64,000 nucleotides of DNA. Origin: an uncultured Acidobacteriota bacterium. GTDB taxonomy: Bacteria > Acidobacteriota > Polarisedimenticolia > J045. The DNA lies in the NCBI GenBank assembly GCA_963702425.1, contig CAVPCQ010000011.1, positions 128,001 through 192,000 of the forward strand, given 5' to 3'. The position numbers and the translations under genes are program-made. The stretch's first letter is position 1, and each line of letters starts with the position of its first letter. Below, one piece after another: positions 11,608 through 21,725 of this stretch. The notes under the pieces were generated by a model, which ran no database searches, was not told where the DNA came from, and saw nothing but the letters and a program-made list of their open reading frames with translations.

Positions 11608-12618
11608 TTATCGCCCCGCGGCGCGGAACTTGCGCGGCGAGTCGCCGTGCCAGCGGCGGAATGCGCGATGAAAGGCGCTGGGGTCGGAGTAGCCGAGCAG
11701 ATAGGCGACCTCGTAGACCGTGACGTCGCGCTCCTGCAGCAGGCGCCGCGCAACCCCACTGCGGAAGGAGTCGAGGACCTCCTTGAAACTCGTCCCCTCA
11801 TCCGCCAGGCGGCGCTGCAGGCTGCGGCCGCTCACGCCGAGCCGGGCGGCCACGACGCCGATCGACGGGCTGCCGGAGGCCATCTCCTGCCACAGCACCC
11901 TCCGCACGCCGTCGCCCGCCGAGTCGTCGTGCGACAGTTCTTTCCGCGCCTGCTCGGCCAACTGGTCGAGGTACGTGAGCAGGGTCTCGTCGGCCGTAGC
12001 GAGCGGCAGCTCGAGGTCCGAGGCATGCAGCACGAAGGCGGGCGCCTCCTGCTCGAAGCGGAGCGGGCAGCGGAAGATCCGGCGGAGCGCGGTGAGGTCG
12101 GCCGGAGCCGGGTACGGGAACCGGGCCTCGAGCGGGACGAGCTCGACCCCCGTCGTCAGCCGCGCGCCCGAGAGCAGCAGCGACAGGCGGAAGTCGATCG
12201 GCGGCCGCACCGGAGCGTACAGGAACGCGCGCTGCAGCTGGACCTCGGCCCGGTCCTCGCGGCGCCGCAGCGCGACGACGAGGTCCTCCGCAACGATCTG
12301 GCTGTAGCGGGAGACGCGGTGCAGCCCTTCCCCCAGCGTGCGGGCGAGCCGCATCGTGTAGGCGACGAGGCCGAGATCGCGATACGCTCGACTCTCCGCC
12401 ACGAGCAGGCCGACCGCCGGGTCCGGGACGCGCTTCGCGATCACTCCCCAGAGCCGCCGGAGCTTCGAGATCGGGACCCGGGCGTCCGGGTCGCGCAGTT
12501 CGTCCGCGCCGAAGCCGGCCTCCCTCAGCAGGGCGTCGGGGTCGAGCCCGAAGCGCTTCGTGCCGTGCGCGATGAAGAGCGGCAGGCGAACGAGCGCGGT
12601 CTGGTCGGAATCGTGCAT
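11608..12618 (-). CDS. AraC family transcriptional regulator (OruR-like)
   Basis: C-terminal LGVSGRSLQRRL...EVAYLLGYSDPSAFHRAFRRW. Confidence 0.92.
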   Translation of the reverse strand: MHDSDQTALVRLPLFIAHGTKRFGLDPDALLREAGFGADELRDPDARVPISKLRRLWGVIAKRVPDPAVGLLVAESRAYRDLGLVAYTMRLARTLGEGLHRVSRYSQIVAEDLVVALRRREDRAEVQLQRAFLYAPVRPPIDFRLSLLLSGARLTTGVELVPLEARFPYPAPADLTALRRIFRCPLRFEQEAPAFVLHASDLELPLATADETLLTYLDQLAEQARKELSHDDSAGDGVRRVLWQEMASGSPSIGVVAARLGVSGRSLQRRLADEGTSFKEVLDSFRSGVARRLLQERDVTVYEVAYLLGYSDPSAFHRAFRRWHGDSPRKFRAAGR

Positions 12619-12628
12619 CGGCGATGCC

Positions 12629-13108
12629 TCAGACGAAGTATGCCAGCATGAGCACCCCGACCATCACGGCCGCGAGCGCGAGCTTGCCGACCGTGCCGAG
12701 CAGGAACCCGAGCGCGACCCCGGCGCCGGCCCGGGCCGCCCGCTTGAACTCCGGGTCCTTGAAGTACTCCAGCGCGAAGGCCCCGAGGGGCGGGCCCAGC
12801 AGCACCCCGGGCAGGCCGAAGAACAGCCCGACCAGGAGCCCGAGGCCCGCGCCGGCGAGGCCCCAGGCCGAAGCGCCCATCTTCTTCGCCCCCAGCAGCG
12901 AGGCGGCGAAGTCGACGATCGTCATCAGCAGCGCAAGGACTACCGCGGCGACGATCGTCGGCCAGCCGATCCGCTGGAACCCCTCGGCCCAGGCGATCGC
13001 GACCACGCCCAGCACCAGGAACAGCGCGCCCGGCAGGGCCGGCACCACGAGTCCCGCGATGCCGAGCCCCACGAGCGCGATTCCCAGGGCGTAGAGCGCG
13101 ATGGTCAC
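12629..13108 (-). CDS. DUF456/YqgC-like membrane protein
   Basis: GLVVPALPG...GAKKMGAS...GPPLGAFALE pattern, hydrophobic. Confidence 0.85.
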   Translation of the reverse strand: MTIALYALGIALVGLGIAGLVVPALPGALFLVLGVVAIAWAEGFQRIGWPTIVAAVVLALLMTIVDFAASLLGAKKMGASAWGLAGAGLGLLVGLFFGLPGVLLGPPLGAFALEYFKDPEFKRAARAGAGVALGFLLGTVGKLALAAVMVGVLMLAYFV

Positions 13109-13133
13109 CGGTCGAGGACGCCGACGGGTCCGG

Positions 13134-13709
13134 TTACGGCCGGCCGCCGGCGACCGCGGACCTCACACGGCCGGCGAAGCCCTTGATCTTGAACGCGAAG
13201 ATGATGTTGAAGACGCCGATCGCGAGCGCGAACAGCCCCAGCGCCATCGTGATGCCGACCGCCGAGACCAGGGGCGCGTAGACGCAGTAGATCCCGAAGA
13301 GGATCGAGATCGCACCGAGCAGGACCAGCAGCCACTCGCCCTCGATCTCGTGGCGCAGCTTGAGCGCGGTGTAGATCTCGAACCCGCCGCCGATGATGGC
13401 CCAGGCGGCAATGAACATCAGGATCGCCAGGCCGGTGGCGAGCGGCGAGGTGAAGGTCAGGATCCCGAGCAGGATCCCGAGCGCGCCGCCGATCCCGACC
13501 AGCCACTTGTCGTCCTTGGGGGTGTTGCTCGAGAAGGCCGCGAAGAGCCGGAAGACGCCGTCCACGAGGAACCAGGCGCCGATGTAGAGCAGCAGCGCCT
13601 CCATCGTCAGGCCCGGCTTCAGGAGCGCGAGCACACCGAACAGGATCGCGAGGATCCCGCGGATCAGGAAGAGCCACCAGGTGCGCGAGAGCTGGTTGAG
13701 CAGCGACAT
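13134..13709 (-). CDS. HdeD/DUF308 family membrane protein
   Basis: WWLFLIRGILAILFG...P motif with repeated TM hairpins. Start ATG 13709. Confidence 0.88.
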   Translation of the reverse strand: MSLLNQLSRTWWLFLIRGILAILFGVLALLKPGLTMEALLLYIGAWFLVDGVFRLFAAFSSNTPKDDKWLVGIGGALGILLGILTFTSPLATGLAILMFIAAWAIIGGGFEIYTALKLRHEIEGEWLLVLLGAISILFGIYCVYAPLVSAVGITMALGLFALAIGVFNIIFAFKIKGFAGRVRSAVAGGRP

Positions 13710-13873
13710 GAGTTTTCTTCTCCTGGAACTGAACCAGTGGATCGAATCGCAGCGGCGAGCCATCCCCGAGGCTGCCGGCGGAAGGCTATCACGCTCGCCG
13801 GAGGCGGCGCTGCCCACGCCGCGCCGCCCCCTGCCCGATGCGTTTGTCAGTCATCCCGCGCCGATTCCCCGTC

Positions 13874-14347
13874 TCAGTGGGGCGGGCCGCTCACGGTCGC
13901 GCGCTTCGGGTGCACGAGGCGTTCGAAGTCGTCGAAGGCCATCTCGACCAGCTCCGTGTGGTCGCCGCCGTTGAAGGCGATCCGGTCGTTGTGGAAGACC
14001 TTGTCGTCGACGACGACCGGCACGCCGTAGAGGTTCCCGAACGGCGGCATCGCCCCGACGTCGCAGTCCCGGAACAGGCCGGCGAACTCGCGCTCGTGCT
14101 CCATCACCGCGTCGTGGGCGTGGAGCGCGGTCTTGAGCTTGCCGACGTCGATCCGGTCGTTGGCCGTGGTGACGACCATCGTGTGCTCGCCGTCGATCCG
14201 GACCATCACCGGCTTGACCATTTTCTGCCCGTGCACGTGCGCGCGTTCGGCGACGCGTTGCGCGGTGTAGGCCGGCGTGTGGACGGTGACGGTGTAGTGC
14301 ACGTGGTGGTCGTCGAGGAACGACTTGAGACGTTGGCACAGTGGCAT
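13874..14347 (-). CDS. YbaK/EbsC aminoacyl-tRNA deacylase family protein
   Basis: MVKPVM...GAMPPFG...FNGGDH. Confidence 0.88.
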   Translation of the reverse strand: MPLCQRLKSFLDDHHVHYTVTVHTPAYTAQRVAERAHVHGQKMVKPVMVRIDGEHTMVVTTANDRIDVGKLKTALHAHDAVMEHEREFAGLFRDCDVGAMPPFGNLYGVPVVVDDKVFHNDRIAFNGGDHTELVEMAFDDFERLVHPKRATVSGPPH

Positions 14348-14483
14348 CGGGTCCTCCTCGCTCGCGCGCCGGGGCGGCGCAGGACGAGGCGCGCGCCCCG
14401 ATTCGAGAATGATTATGCGCCTCGATCGGGCCGGAGGGCCCGGCCTTACCGAGTTCCTTTCGCGGTGCCTTCAAACCGGAAGC

Positions 14484-15737
14484 TCAGCCGGGCTGCGTCA
14501 TCTCCGCCAGCGCGGAGCCGAAGCGCTCGACCTCCTCCGCGGTGTTGTAGTGCAGGAGGCCGGCGCGCAGGACCCCGTCGGGCTCGAGACCCAACGCCTC
14601 GGTCAGCGCGATCGCGTAGAAGTGCCCGCTCCAGGTGAAGATCCCGCGCCCGGCGAGGTGTCGCGCCAGCTCGGCCGGCGACCGGCGGACGCACGTGACG
14701 GCGAAGGTCGGCGTGCGCTCGGCGATGCGCGCCGGATCGGCGACCCCGTGCAGGGTGAGGCCCGGGATCGCCGCCAGGCGCTCGAGAGCCTGGCGGGACA
14801 GGTCCCGCTCGTAGGCCTGGATCCCCGCCATGGCGGCAGCGATCGCGGCGCGGCGCCCCGCCGCGGCCGGGTCGAGCGCGCGGCCGAGGTCGGCCAGGTA
14901 CTCGATCGCGGCCAGCGTTCCCGCGATCCCCTCGTGGTTCAGCGTGCCGGTCTCCCAGCGGTGCGGCAGCGCTTCGGCGGCCGGACGAACCTTGTAAGCC
15001 GGGAGTGTCTCGAGCAGCGCGCGGCGGCCCCACAACAGGCCGACGTGCGGCCCGAAGAACTTGTAAGCCGAGCAGGCGAGGAAGTCGCAGTCCCACGCCG
15101 CGACGTCGACCAGCGCGTGCGGGGCGTAGTGGACCGCGTCGAGGAAGACCAGCGCGCCCCGGGCGTGGGCCAGCTCGGTGATCCGGCGGACGGGCTGGAT
15201 CGTTCCGACCGCGTTGGAAGCACAGCCGACCGCGACGAGTCGCGTGCGGCGCGACAGCTTCCGGGCCAGGTCGTCGAGGTCGAGCGTGCAGTCCTCGCGC
15301 CGGATTTCGACGTGTTGCACTATCACATTGGCGTCGCGCGCGGCCAGCAGCCAGGGCGCGACGTTTGCGTCGTGGTCGGCCCGCGTGACCAGCACTTCGT
15401 CGCCGGGGTTCCAGCTGCGGGCGAGCGAGCGAGCCAGCGCCATCGTCAGCGTCGTCATGTTCGCGCCGAACGCGATCTCGCCGGGATCGGTCGCGCCCAG
15501 CAGGTCGGCCGCGGCGGCGTGGGCCTCGTCGAGCATCGCGTCGGTCTCGACGCTGGTCGCGAAGGCGCCCCCGGAGTTGGCGTTCCGGTCCGAGAGGGTG
15601 CCGGAGACGGCGTCGATCACCCGCCGCGGGACCTGGCTCCCCCCGGGCCCGTCGAGATAGGCCGCCGGGAACTCCCCCACGCGGCGCGCGAGGGCCGGGA
15701 ACTGGGCGCGGACGCGGTCGACCGGAAACGGCTCCAT
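14484..15737 (-). CDS. Cysteine desulfurase-like PLP aminotransferase class V
   Basis: VRAQFPAL...YLDGPGGSQVP, DHDANVAPW, DAVHYAPH, SAYKFFGPH, ETGT. Start ATG 15737. Confidence 0.9.
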   Translation of the reverse strand: MEPFPVDRVRAQFPALARRVGEFPAAYLDGPGGSQVPRRVIDAVSGTLSDRNANSGGAFATSVETDAMLDEAHAAAADLLGATDPGEIAFGANMTTLTMALARSLARSWNPGDEVLVTRADHDANVAPWLLAARDANVIVQHVEIRREDCTLDLDDLARKLSRRTRLVAVGCASNAVGTIQPVRRITELAHARGALVFLDAVHYAPHALVDVAAWDCDFLACSAYKFFGPHVGLLWGRRALLETLPAYKVRPAAEALPHRWETGTLNHEGIAGTLAAIEYLADLGRALDPAAAGRRAAIAAAMAGIQAYERDLSRQALERLAAIPGLTLHGVADPARIAERTPTFAVTCVRRSPAELARHLAGRGIFTWSGHFYAIALTEALGLEPDGVLRAGLLHYNTAEEVERFGSALAEMTQPG

Positions 15738-15814
15738 GAAGGGTCCCCTTTCGGGCGGCGAGTATAGGCGCGCCGCTGGATCTCCCTGATAATCGCCGGT
15801 CTGCGAGGAGCCCC

Positions 15815-17206
15815 GTGACCGACCCGATGACTGCCGCTCGATTCGCGCTCGTCGCTGTTGCTTTCCTTCTCCTGCCGGGCGGCAGCGCGCCGGGGCTCGG
15901 CTCCCCGGCCGACGGCAGCCCGGACGAGCGGGCGGCTCCCGGCGCGGCCGGAGCGCCGGCACTGGCCCTCGTCGGCGCGCGGATCCTGCCGGTCGCGGGG
16001 CCGCCGATCGACGACGGCGTGCTGGTCGTCTCCGGCGGGAAGGTCGCGGCGGTCGGGGCGCGCGGGTCCGTGGCGATCCCCGCCGGCGCGGAGGTGCGCG
16101 ACCTCTCCGGACGCGTCGTGATCCCGGGCCTCGTCGACACGCACAGCCACATCGGCGGCGTCGGCGGCGCGGACGGGAGCGGGCCGATCCAGCCCGAGGT
16201 CCGGATCTACGACTCGCTGAACCCGTTCGATCCCGGCTTCCGGCGCGCGGTCGCGGGCGGCCTGACGACGATGAACGTGATGCCGGGCTCGGGCCACCTG
16301 CTTTCCGGCCAGACGGTCTACCTGAAACCGCGCGGCGGCGAGACGATCGACGCCTTCTTCATCCTGACGGCCGACGGCCGCCCTGCCGGCGGCATGAAGA
16401 TGGCGAACGGCACCAACTCGATGCGCGACACCCCGTTCCCCGGCACCCGCGGCAAGTCGGCGGCGCTCGTCCGCGAGATGTTCGTGAAGGCGCAGGCCTA
16501 CCGCGAGAAGAGCCGGGACGAGGACCCGGCGAAGCGCCCCGCGCGCGATCTCGGGATGGAGGCGGTGGTCGAGGTGCTCGACGGTACGCGCATCGTGCAG
16601 TACCACTCCCACCGCGCCGACGACATGATGACCGTCCTTCGGCTCGCGCAGGAGTTCCACTTCAAGCCGGTGCTGCACCACGCGAGCGAGGCGTGGAAGA
16701 TCGCCGACGAGCTCGCAGCGGCAGGGATCCCGGTGTCGGCGATTCTCGTCGACAGCCCGGGCGGCAAGCTCGAGACGCGCGACCTCTCCTTCGAGACCCC
16801 CGGGGTCCTGGAGCGGGCCGGCGTCACGGTGGCGCTCCACACCGACGACTGGATCACGGACAGCCGATTCTTCCTGCGGATGGGGGCGATCGCGGTGCGC
16901 GGCGGCATGTCGCGCGAGGGAGCGCTGCGTGCGCTGACCTCGTCCGGCGCGGAGATCCTGGGCCTCGCGGGGCGCGTCGGCTCGCTCGCGCCGGGGAAGG
17001 ACGCCGACTTCGTCGTGCTCGACGGCGACCCGTTCGGCGTCCACAGCCACGTCGAGGAGACCTGGATCGAGGGGCGGAGGGTCTTCGACCGCAGCCTCCC
17101 GGCCGACCGCCTCTACGCGACCGGCGGCTTCGGCGCCGGCAGCGAGCGCAAGCCGTACCTGTGCTGCGCGGACGAGGCGGCGCTGGCCGCGGGAGACGCG
17201 CAGTGA
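15815..17206 (+). CDS. Secreted amidohydrolase (imidazolonepropionase-like fold)
   Basis: Signal peptide; PGLVDTHSH metal site; HTDD; GSLAPGKDADFVV. Confidence 0.88.
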   Translation: MTDPMTAARFALVAVAFLLLPGGSAPGLGSPADGSPDERAAPGAAGAPALALVGARILPVAGPPIDDGVLVVSGGKVAAVGARGSVAIPAGAEVRDLSGRVVIPGLVDTHSHIGGVGGADGSGPIQPEVRIYDSLNPFDPGFRRAVAGGLTTMNVMPGSGHLLSGQTVYLKPRGGETIDAFFILTADGRPAGGMKMANGTNSMRDTPFPGTRGKSAALVREMFVKAQAYREKSRDEDPAKRPARDLGMEAVVEVLDGTRIVQYHSHRADDMMTVLRLAQEFHFKPVLHHASEAWKIADELAAAGIPVSAILVDSPGGKLETRDLSFETPGVLERAGVTVALHTDDWITDSRFFLRMGAIAVRGGMSREGALRALTSSGAEILGLAGRVGSLAPGKDADFVVLDGDPFGVHSHVEETWIEGRRVFDRSLPADRLYATGGFGAGSERKPYLCCADEAALAAGDAQ

Positions 17207-18447
17207 GCGGGCGCCGGCTTTCCTGCCGGACGCTGGCCGTCGCGGCGGCCGTCGCCGCCGCGCTGCTGGCATCCCCGGCGATCTCCCCCGCCGCCGCACA
17301 GGTCGCGGTGCGCGGCCGGCTGGTCCACACGATGGCGGGCCCGGCGATCCCGGACGGCGTCGTGATCGTCGCCGGCGGCAGGATCGTCGCGGTCGGCCCG
17401 GCGGCGACGACGCCGGTCCCCGCGGGCTACCGCGTGATCGAGGCGGCGGTCGTCATGCCGGGGCTGATCGACGCGCGCTCGGTCGTCGGGCTGTCGGGGC
17501 TGCTCAACCAGAAGCAGGACCAGGATCAGCTCGAGCACTCGACCCCGCTGCAGCCGGAACTGCGGGCGATCGACGCCTACAACCCGCTCGATCCGCTGGT
17601 GGCGTGGGTGCGCGGGTTCGGCGTCACGACGCTGCACACCGGGCACGCGCCGGGCGAGACGGTCGCGGGCCAGACGATGATCGTCAAGACCGCGGGGCGC
17701 ACCGCCGACGCCGCGCTGGTGCGTGAGCCGGCCGCCATCGCCGTCTCGCTCGGGCCGATCGCAACCAAGGACGAGGGGAGATCGCCCGGCACGCGCGGCA
17801 AGCAGGCTGCGCTGCTGCGGGCCGAGTTGGTCCGGGCGCAGGAATACCGCACCAAGCTCCGGGATACCGCGGCCGAGAAGCGGCCCGAGCGGAGCCTGCG
17901 GCTCGAGGCGCTGGTCCGCGTCCTGGACGGCGAGTTGCCGCTCCTGGTCTACGCGCAGCGCGCGCAGGACATCGCCACCGCGCTGCGGATTGCCGAGGAA
18001 TTCGGGATCCGGGTCTGGCTCGAGGGGGCCGCCGAAGGCTACCTGCTGCTCCCCGAGATCAAGTCGGCGGGCGTGCCGGTGATCGTCCACCCGACCATGG
18101 CGCGCGATTACGGCGAGCTGGAGAACGCCAGCTTCGAGACCGCGGCGACGCTGCGGCGCGCCGGGACCCCGGTGGCGTTCCAGAGCGGCTACGAGAGCTA
18201 CGTGCCGAAGACGCGCGTCGTGCTGTTCGAGGCCTCGGCGGCCGTGGCGAACGGCCTCCCGGACGAGGCGGCGCTGGCGCTGCTGACGATCGACGCGGCG
18301 CGGATCCTCGGGATCGCGGACCGGGTCGGCTCGCTCGAGCCGGGCAAGGATGCGGACCTCGCCCTGTACGACGGTGACCCGCTGGAATACACCTCCCACT
18401 GCCTGGGGGCCGTGGTCGGCGGCGAACCGTTCCTCGAGGGGCGATAG
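17203..18447 (+). CDS. Second secreted amidohydrolase-family protein with degenerate metal site
   Basis: GTGA overlap; PGLIDARS (HxH lost); GSLEPGKDADLAL. Confidence 0.85.
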   Translation: MSGRRLSCRTLAVAAAVAAALLASPAISPAAAQVAVRGRLVHTMAGPAIPDGVVIVAGGRIVAVGPAATTPVPAGYRVIEAAVVMPGLIDARSVVGLSGLLNQKQDQDQLEHSTPLQPELRAIDAYNPLDPLVAWVRGFGVTTLHTGHAPGETVAGQTMIVKTAGRTADAALVREPAAIAVSLGPIATKDEGRSPGTRGKQAALLRAELVRAQEYRTKLRDTAAEKRPERSLRLEALVRVLDGELPLLVYAQRAQDIATALRIAEEFGIRVWLEGAAEGYLLLPEIKSAGVPVIVHPTMARDYGELENASFETAATLRRAGTPVAFQSGYESYVPKTRVVLFEASAAVANGLPDEAALALLTIDAARILGIADRVGSLEPGKDADLALYDGDPLEYTSHCLGAVVGGEPFLEGR

Positions 18448-18455
18448 CGGAGACG

Positions 18456-20099
18456 ATGCGCGCGCTCGCGCTGCTGCTCGCGCTCGGCGCAGCCACCGGC
18501 TTCGCGGCCGCCGAGGAGCTCGCTCCACCCGCTCCGGAGTCGATCCCGGCCGCGGACAGCGTGCAGCTGCCGGCGAACCCGGTCGACGTCGCGGTGGGCG
18601 ACGTCGACGGCGACGGCCGCGCGGAGATCGTGCTGCTCCTGCTGTACCCGGCCTGGGGCTCGGCCGCGGAAGTTCGCGACACGAAGGAAGGCCAGGAGGT
18701 CGATGTCGTCGCCGCGCTGCAGGACCGGCGCGAGCTGCGAGCGTACGGGATCGAGGGGGGAACGCGGTTGCGGCTCGCGGCGCCGCCCCTGCCGCTCGAC
18801 GGGAGCATCTTCGCGATCGATGCGCTGCCGCGCGGCGGACCGGTCGTGGCGATGACCGCGACCGGGCCGGCGCGGGTCGTGGTCCAGCCCGCGGTCGCTG
18901 GATCGCCCGGTGAGACGCCGACCGCAACCGCGGCGCGACTGGCCCTCATCCCGGTGGCCGAGGTACAACCGGTCTTCGCCGGCGTTGAGCGCTTCTTTTC
19001 CTTCGCCCCGCTGCTCACCGATCTCGACGGGGACGGGCAGCCGGAATCGCTGGTGCCGACCGACCGCGGCCTCGTCGCCGTGCGCATCGCGAGCGGCGAG
19101 CGGATCGAGCTGGGGGCCCCGCTCGCCGAGTACGTGTCGGGGGCACAGGGCCGGATGCGCACGACCCTGCCCCGGGTCCTCGACGTCGACCGCGACGGGA
19201 CGGCCGACCTGCTGGACGTGGACGATCGGACGGAGCGGGTGGCCCTGCGCCGCGGACTCGGCGGCGGGCGGTTCGCGGACGCGACGAGCTGGAGCCTGGG
19301 CGGGCTGCTCGCTGAACGGCCGCTGAAGACCGGGAAATTGCGCTCGCCGTGGCTGCTCGACGTGCTGGACGTCGACGCCGACGGGACGCTGGAGGCGGCG
19401 ATCGCGGTGCGCGAGGGGGACGAGGACGACGAACCGAGCCTGCGTGCGCTGAAAGGAGGCCCGCACGCGGTGACCTTCCACGCGCTCGTACCCGGCCGGC
19501 CTGCCGCGAGTCAGCCGGAATCGACGCTGCGCGCGAGCTTCACCGCGCCGCTGTCGGTGCCGCGCGAGGACTCGTTCTCCCCCTTCGTCGACGTCGACGG
19601 CAACGGGTCGAAGGAGCTGCTCGTCTTCGACCTGTCCCTCGGGTACTTCGGGGTGGCCAGGGCCGTCGTCACCGGGGCCGCGAAGGTCGGCGTCGCGCCA
19701 CGCGGTTTCCGGCAAACGGCCGACGGCTGGACCGAGATCCGGGACCTCGCCCCGGCCTTCGACGTCCGGCTCAACCTGCGGCAGGGGGAGCTGCGCGGCT
19801 TCGCGCTCCTGCCGGGCGACGTCACCGGGGACCGGATCGACGACATGGTCGTGCTCGACGGGGACGAGGTCCTCGTCCACGCGGGACGCCGGAACGGGAC
19901 GATCGAGCCGCGCGCCCGGACGCGCAGCAGGCTGCCGCGCGCCCAGTCGGGCAGCACATTCCTGCCCCTCTTCGTCGACCTCGAAGGCGACGCGGTGCTG
20001 GAACTGATCGCGGTGGAGCAGCTCGAGGAGCGCGAAGGAGAGCCGGCCCGGCCGACCCAGCTCTCGCTCCACCGCTTCGCCGCGACGGGTGCGCCGTGA
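18456..20099 (+). CDS. Secreted FG-GAP/VCBS-repeat protein
   Basis: Signal peptide; repeated DxDGDG motifs (DVDGDGRAE, DLDGDGQPE, DVDRDGTAD, DVDGNGSKE, DVTGDRIDD). Confidence 0.8.
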   Translation: MRALALLLALGAATGFAAAEELAPPAPESIPAADSVQLPANPVDVAVGDVDGDGRAEIVLLLLYPAWGSAAEVRDTKEGQEVDVVAALQDRRELRAYGIEGGTRLRLAAPPLPLDGSIFAIDALPRGGPVVAMTATGPARVVVQPAVAGSPGETPTATAARLALIPVAEVQPVFAGVERFFSFAPLLTDLDGDGQPESLVPTDRGLVAVRIASGERIELGAPLAEYVSGAQGRMRTTLPRVLDVDRDGTADLLDVDDRTERVALRRGLGGGRFADATSWSLGGLLAERPLKTGKLRSPWLLDVLDVDADGTLEAAIAVREGDEDDEPSLRALKGGPHAVTFHALVPGRPAASQPESTLRASFTAPLSVPREDSFSPFVDVDGNGSKELLVFDLSLGYFGVARAVVTGAAKVGVAPRGFRQTADGWTEIRDLAPAFDVRLNLRQGELRGFALLPGDVTGDRIDDMVVLDGDEVLVHAGRRNGTIEPRARTRSRLPRAQSGSTFLPLFVDLEGDAVLELIAVEQLEEREGEPARPTQLSLHRFAATGAP

Positions 20100-21571
20100 G
20101 GTCCGTCGCGGCCACGGCCTGGCGGCGCGCGGTGGGGACCGGCCGGGTCGCCGCCGGCGTGGCCGCATTCGCGGCGCTGGCGTTGGGCGAACCGGTGCTG
20201 GCCGCCCGGACGACGGCCCCGAAGGCACCGGCCCCGATCGTCCTCGAGCGGCCGTCGCCGTTGCAGGCGCTCGTGGCTGCACCCTCCGGCCCGGCGTGGG
20301 AGGGCTGCGCCTTCGTGCTGGAAGGTCCGCCCGAGCGCGGCGCCGAGCGGGCCCTGCTGGCGGTCTGCCGCGCTCCGTCGCCGGCCGACGCACCCGAGGT
20401 GCGACCGCTGGTGACCGGGCTCGCGGGCGCGGGAGCGCTTGCGGCGGACGCGCTGGGCGACGGCCGGGTCCGCGTGCTGGTCGGCGTGACCGGAGGGGTG
20501 CGCACCTTCCTGCTCGGCCCGCCCGGTGAACCGCCGGTCGAGGCGCGCGCCCTCCTCGACGGGAAACTGGATCCCTCGTCCCTCGCCGACCGTCCCGATC
20601 TCGACGGCGACGGCACGCGGGACCTGCTGCAGACGACCTGGGACGGCCTCGCTGCGTGGCGCTGGGCCGGCGACGGGTTCGAACCGCTGGCCGCGGCCGC
20701 GCTGCCCCGCCGCGCCAGGGCGGCCGGCGGCGAGGTGATGGTCTGGAGCCCGAGCGTGATTACCGGCGAGGAGGCTGCGTCCCCGCGCTGGACCTACCCC
20801 GCGAGCTGGACCGGCGACCGGCTGCGCGTCGAGCGGATCGCGATCGGCGCGCAGGGTGCGGGGCCGGCCTGCTCGGCGTGGATCGCGCCCGGCTCGCGCG
20901 TGCGGGCCGTGGAGGCGGCGGTCACCCGTGGCGACCGCCCGCGCCTGGTGGCGCTGGTCGAGCCGACCGAGCGGATCGCCCTGCTCGGTGAGCGCCGCCT
21001 CCTCGTCGCGCCGCTGGTCTGCCGCGCCAGCGGGCGCGGCGAGCCGCCCACGATGCTGCTCGACACCCCACTCGCGAACTACTTCGCGGGGGCGACGCTG
21101 CTGGTGCGCGACGAGACCGGCGACGGCGTCGACGACCTGGTCGCGATCGGGATCAGCGGGCGTCTCAAGCCCGATCTCGAGGCCCTGGTTTGGGCCGGGG
21201 ACGCAGCCGGCGGCTTCGCCCGCCAGCCGCTGCGCTGGTCGCGCAAGTCCGAGACGATGTCCGGGAGCTGGTTTTTCGCCTGGGATGTCGACGGCGACGG
21301 GCGGATGGACCTGGTCCGGCGCGAGGAGCAGCGCGTCTGGGTCGCGCGCGGCGTGGCCCCCGAGCGGGGCCGGGTGCCGCTCGAGCGGACGCCGTCGTTC
21401 ACGGCCGAACTGCCCGGGGAGTACGTCGTGTCCGGGCCCTGGGGGCGAGTGCTGCCGCGCGCGGCAGCCCCGGGCGACGCAGGTTGGCTGATCTTCGCCG
21501 CGCAGCGCGCCGGGAAGGACGGCGGCGCGCCGGGCCAGGCGCTGATCGTGGTGCCGGTGCCGGCCCGCTGA
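20096..21571 (+). CDS. Second secreted FG-GAP/VCBS-repeat protein
   Basis: GTGA overlap; DLDGDGTRD, DETGDGVDD, DVDGDGRMD. Confidence 0.75.
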   Translation: MRSVAATAWRRAVGTGRVAAGVAAFAALALGEPVLAARTTAPKAPAPIVLERPSPLQALVAAPSGPAWEGCAFVLEGPPERGAERALLAVCRAPSPADAPEVRPLVTGLAGAGALAADALGDGRVRVLVGVTGGVRTFLLGPPGEPPVEARALLDGKLDPSSLADRPDLDGDGTRDLLQTTWDGLAAWRWAGDGFEPLAAAALPRRARAAGGEVMVWSPSVITGEEAASPRWTYPASWTGDRLRVERIAIGAQGAGPACSAWIAPGSRVRAVEAAVTRGDRPRLVALVEPTERIALLGERRLLVAPLVCRASGRGEPPTMLLDTPLANYFAGATLLVRDETGDGVDDLVAIGISGRLKPDLEALVWAGDAAGGFARQPLRWSRKSETMSGSWFFAWDVDGDGRMDLVRREEQRVWVARGVAPERGRVPLERTPSFTAELPGEYVVSGPWGRVLPRAAAPGDAGWLIFAAQRAGKDGGAPGQALIVVPVPAR

Positions 21572-21725
21572 CCGCGCAGCACGAGCCGTCGGCCGGTCGT
21601 TCGTTCCCGGAGCCCGGCGTCGCCTCCGCCTCCTCCCCGGGATTAGCATGTAGTTTCCGGCTGACTTCGCCGGGGTCCGCGAAGGTCGGTGGAGTTGCCG
21701 GGGAGTGCGCCTCGAGGAGCCGACG

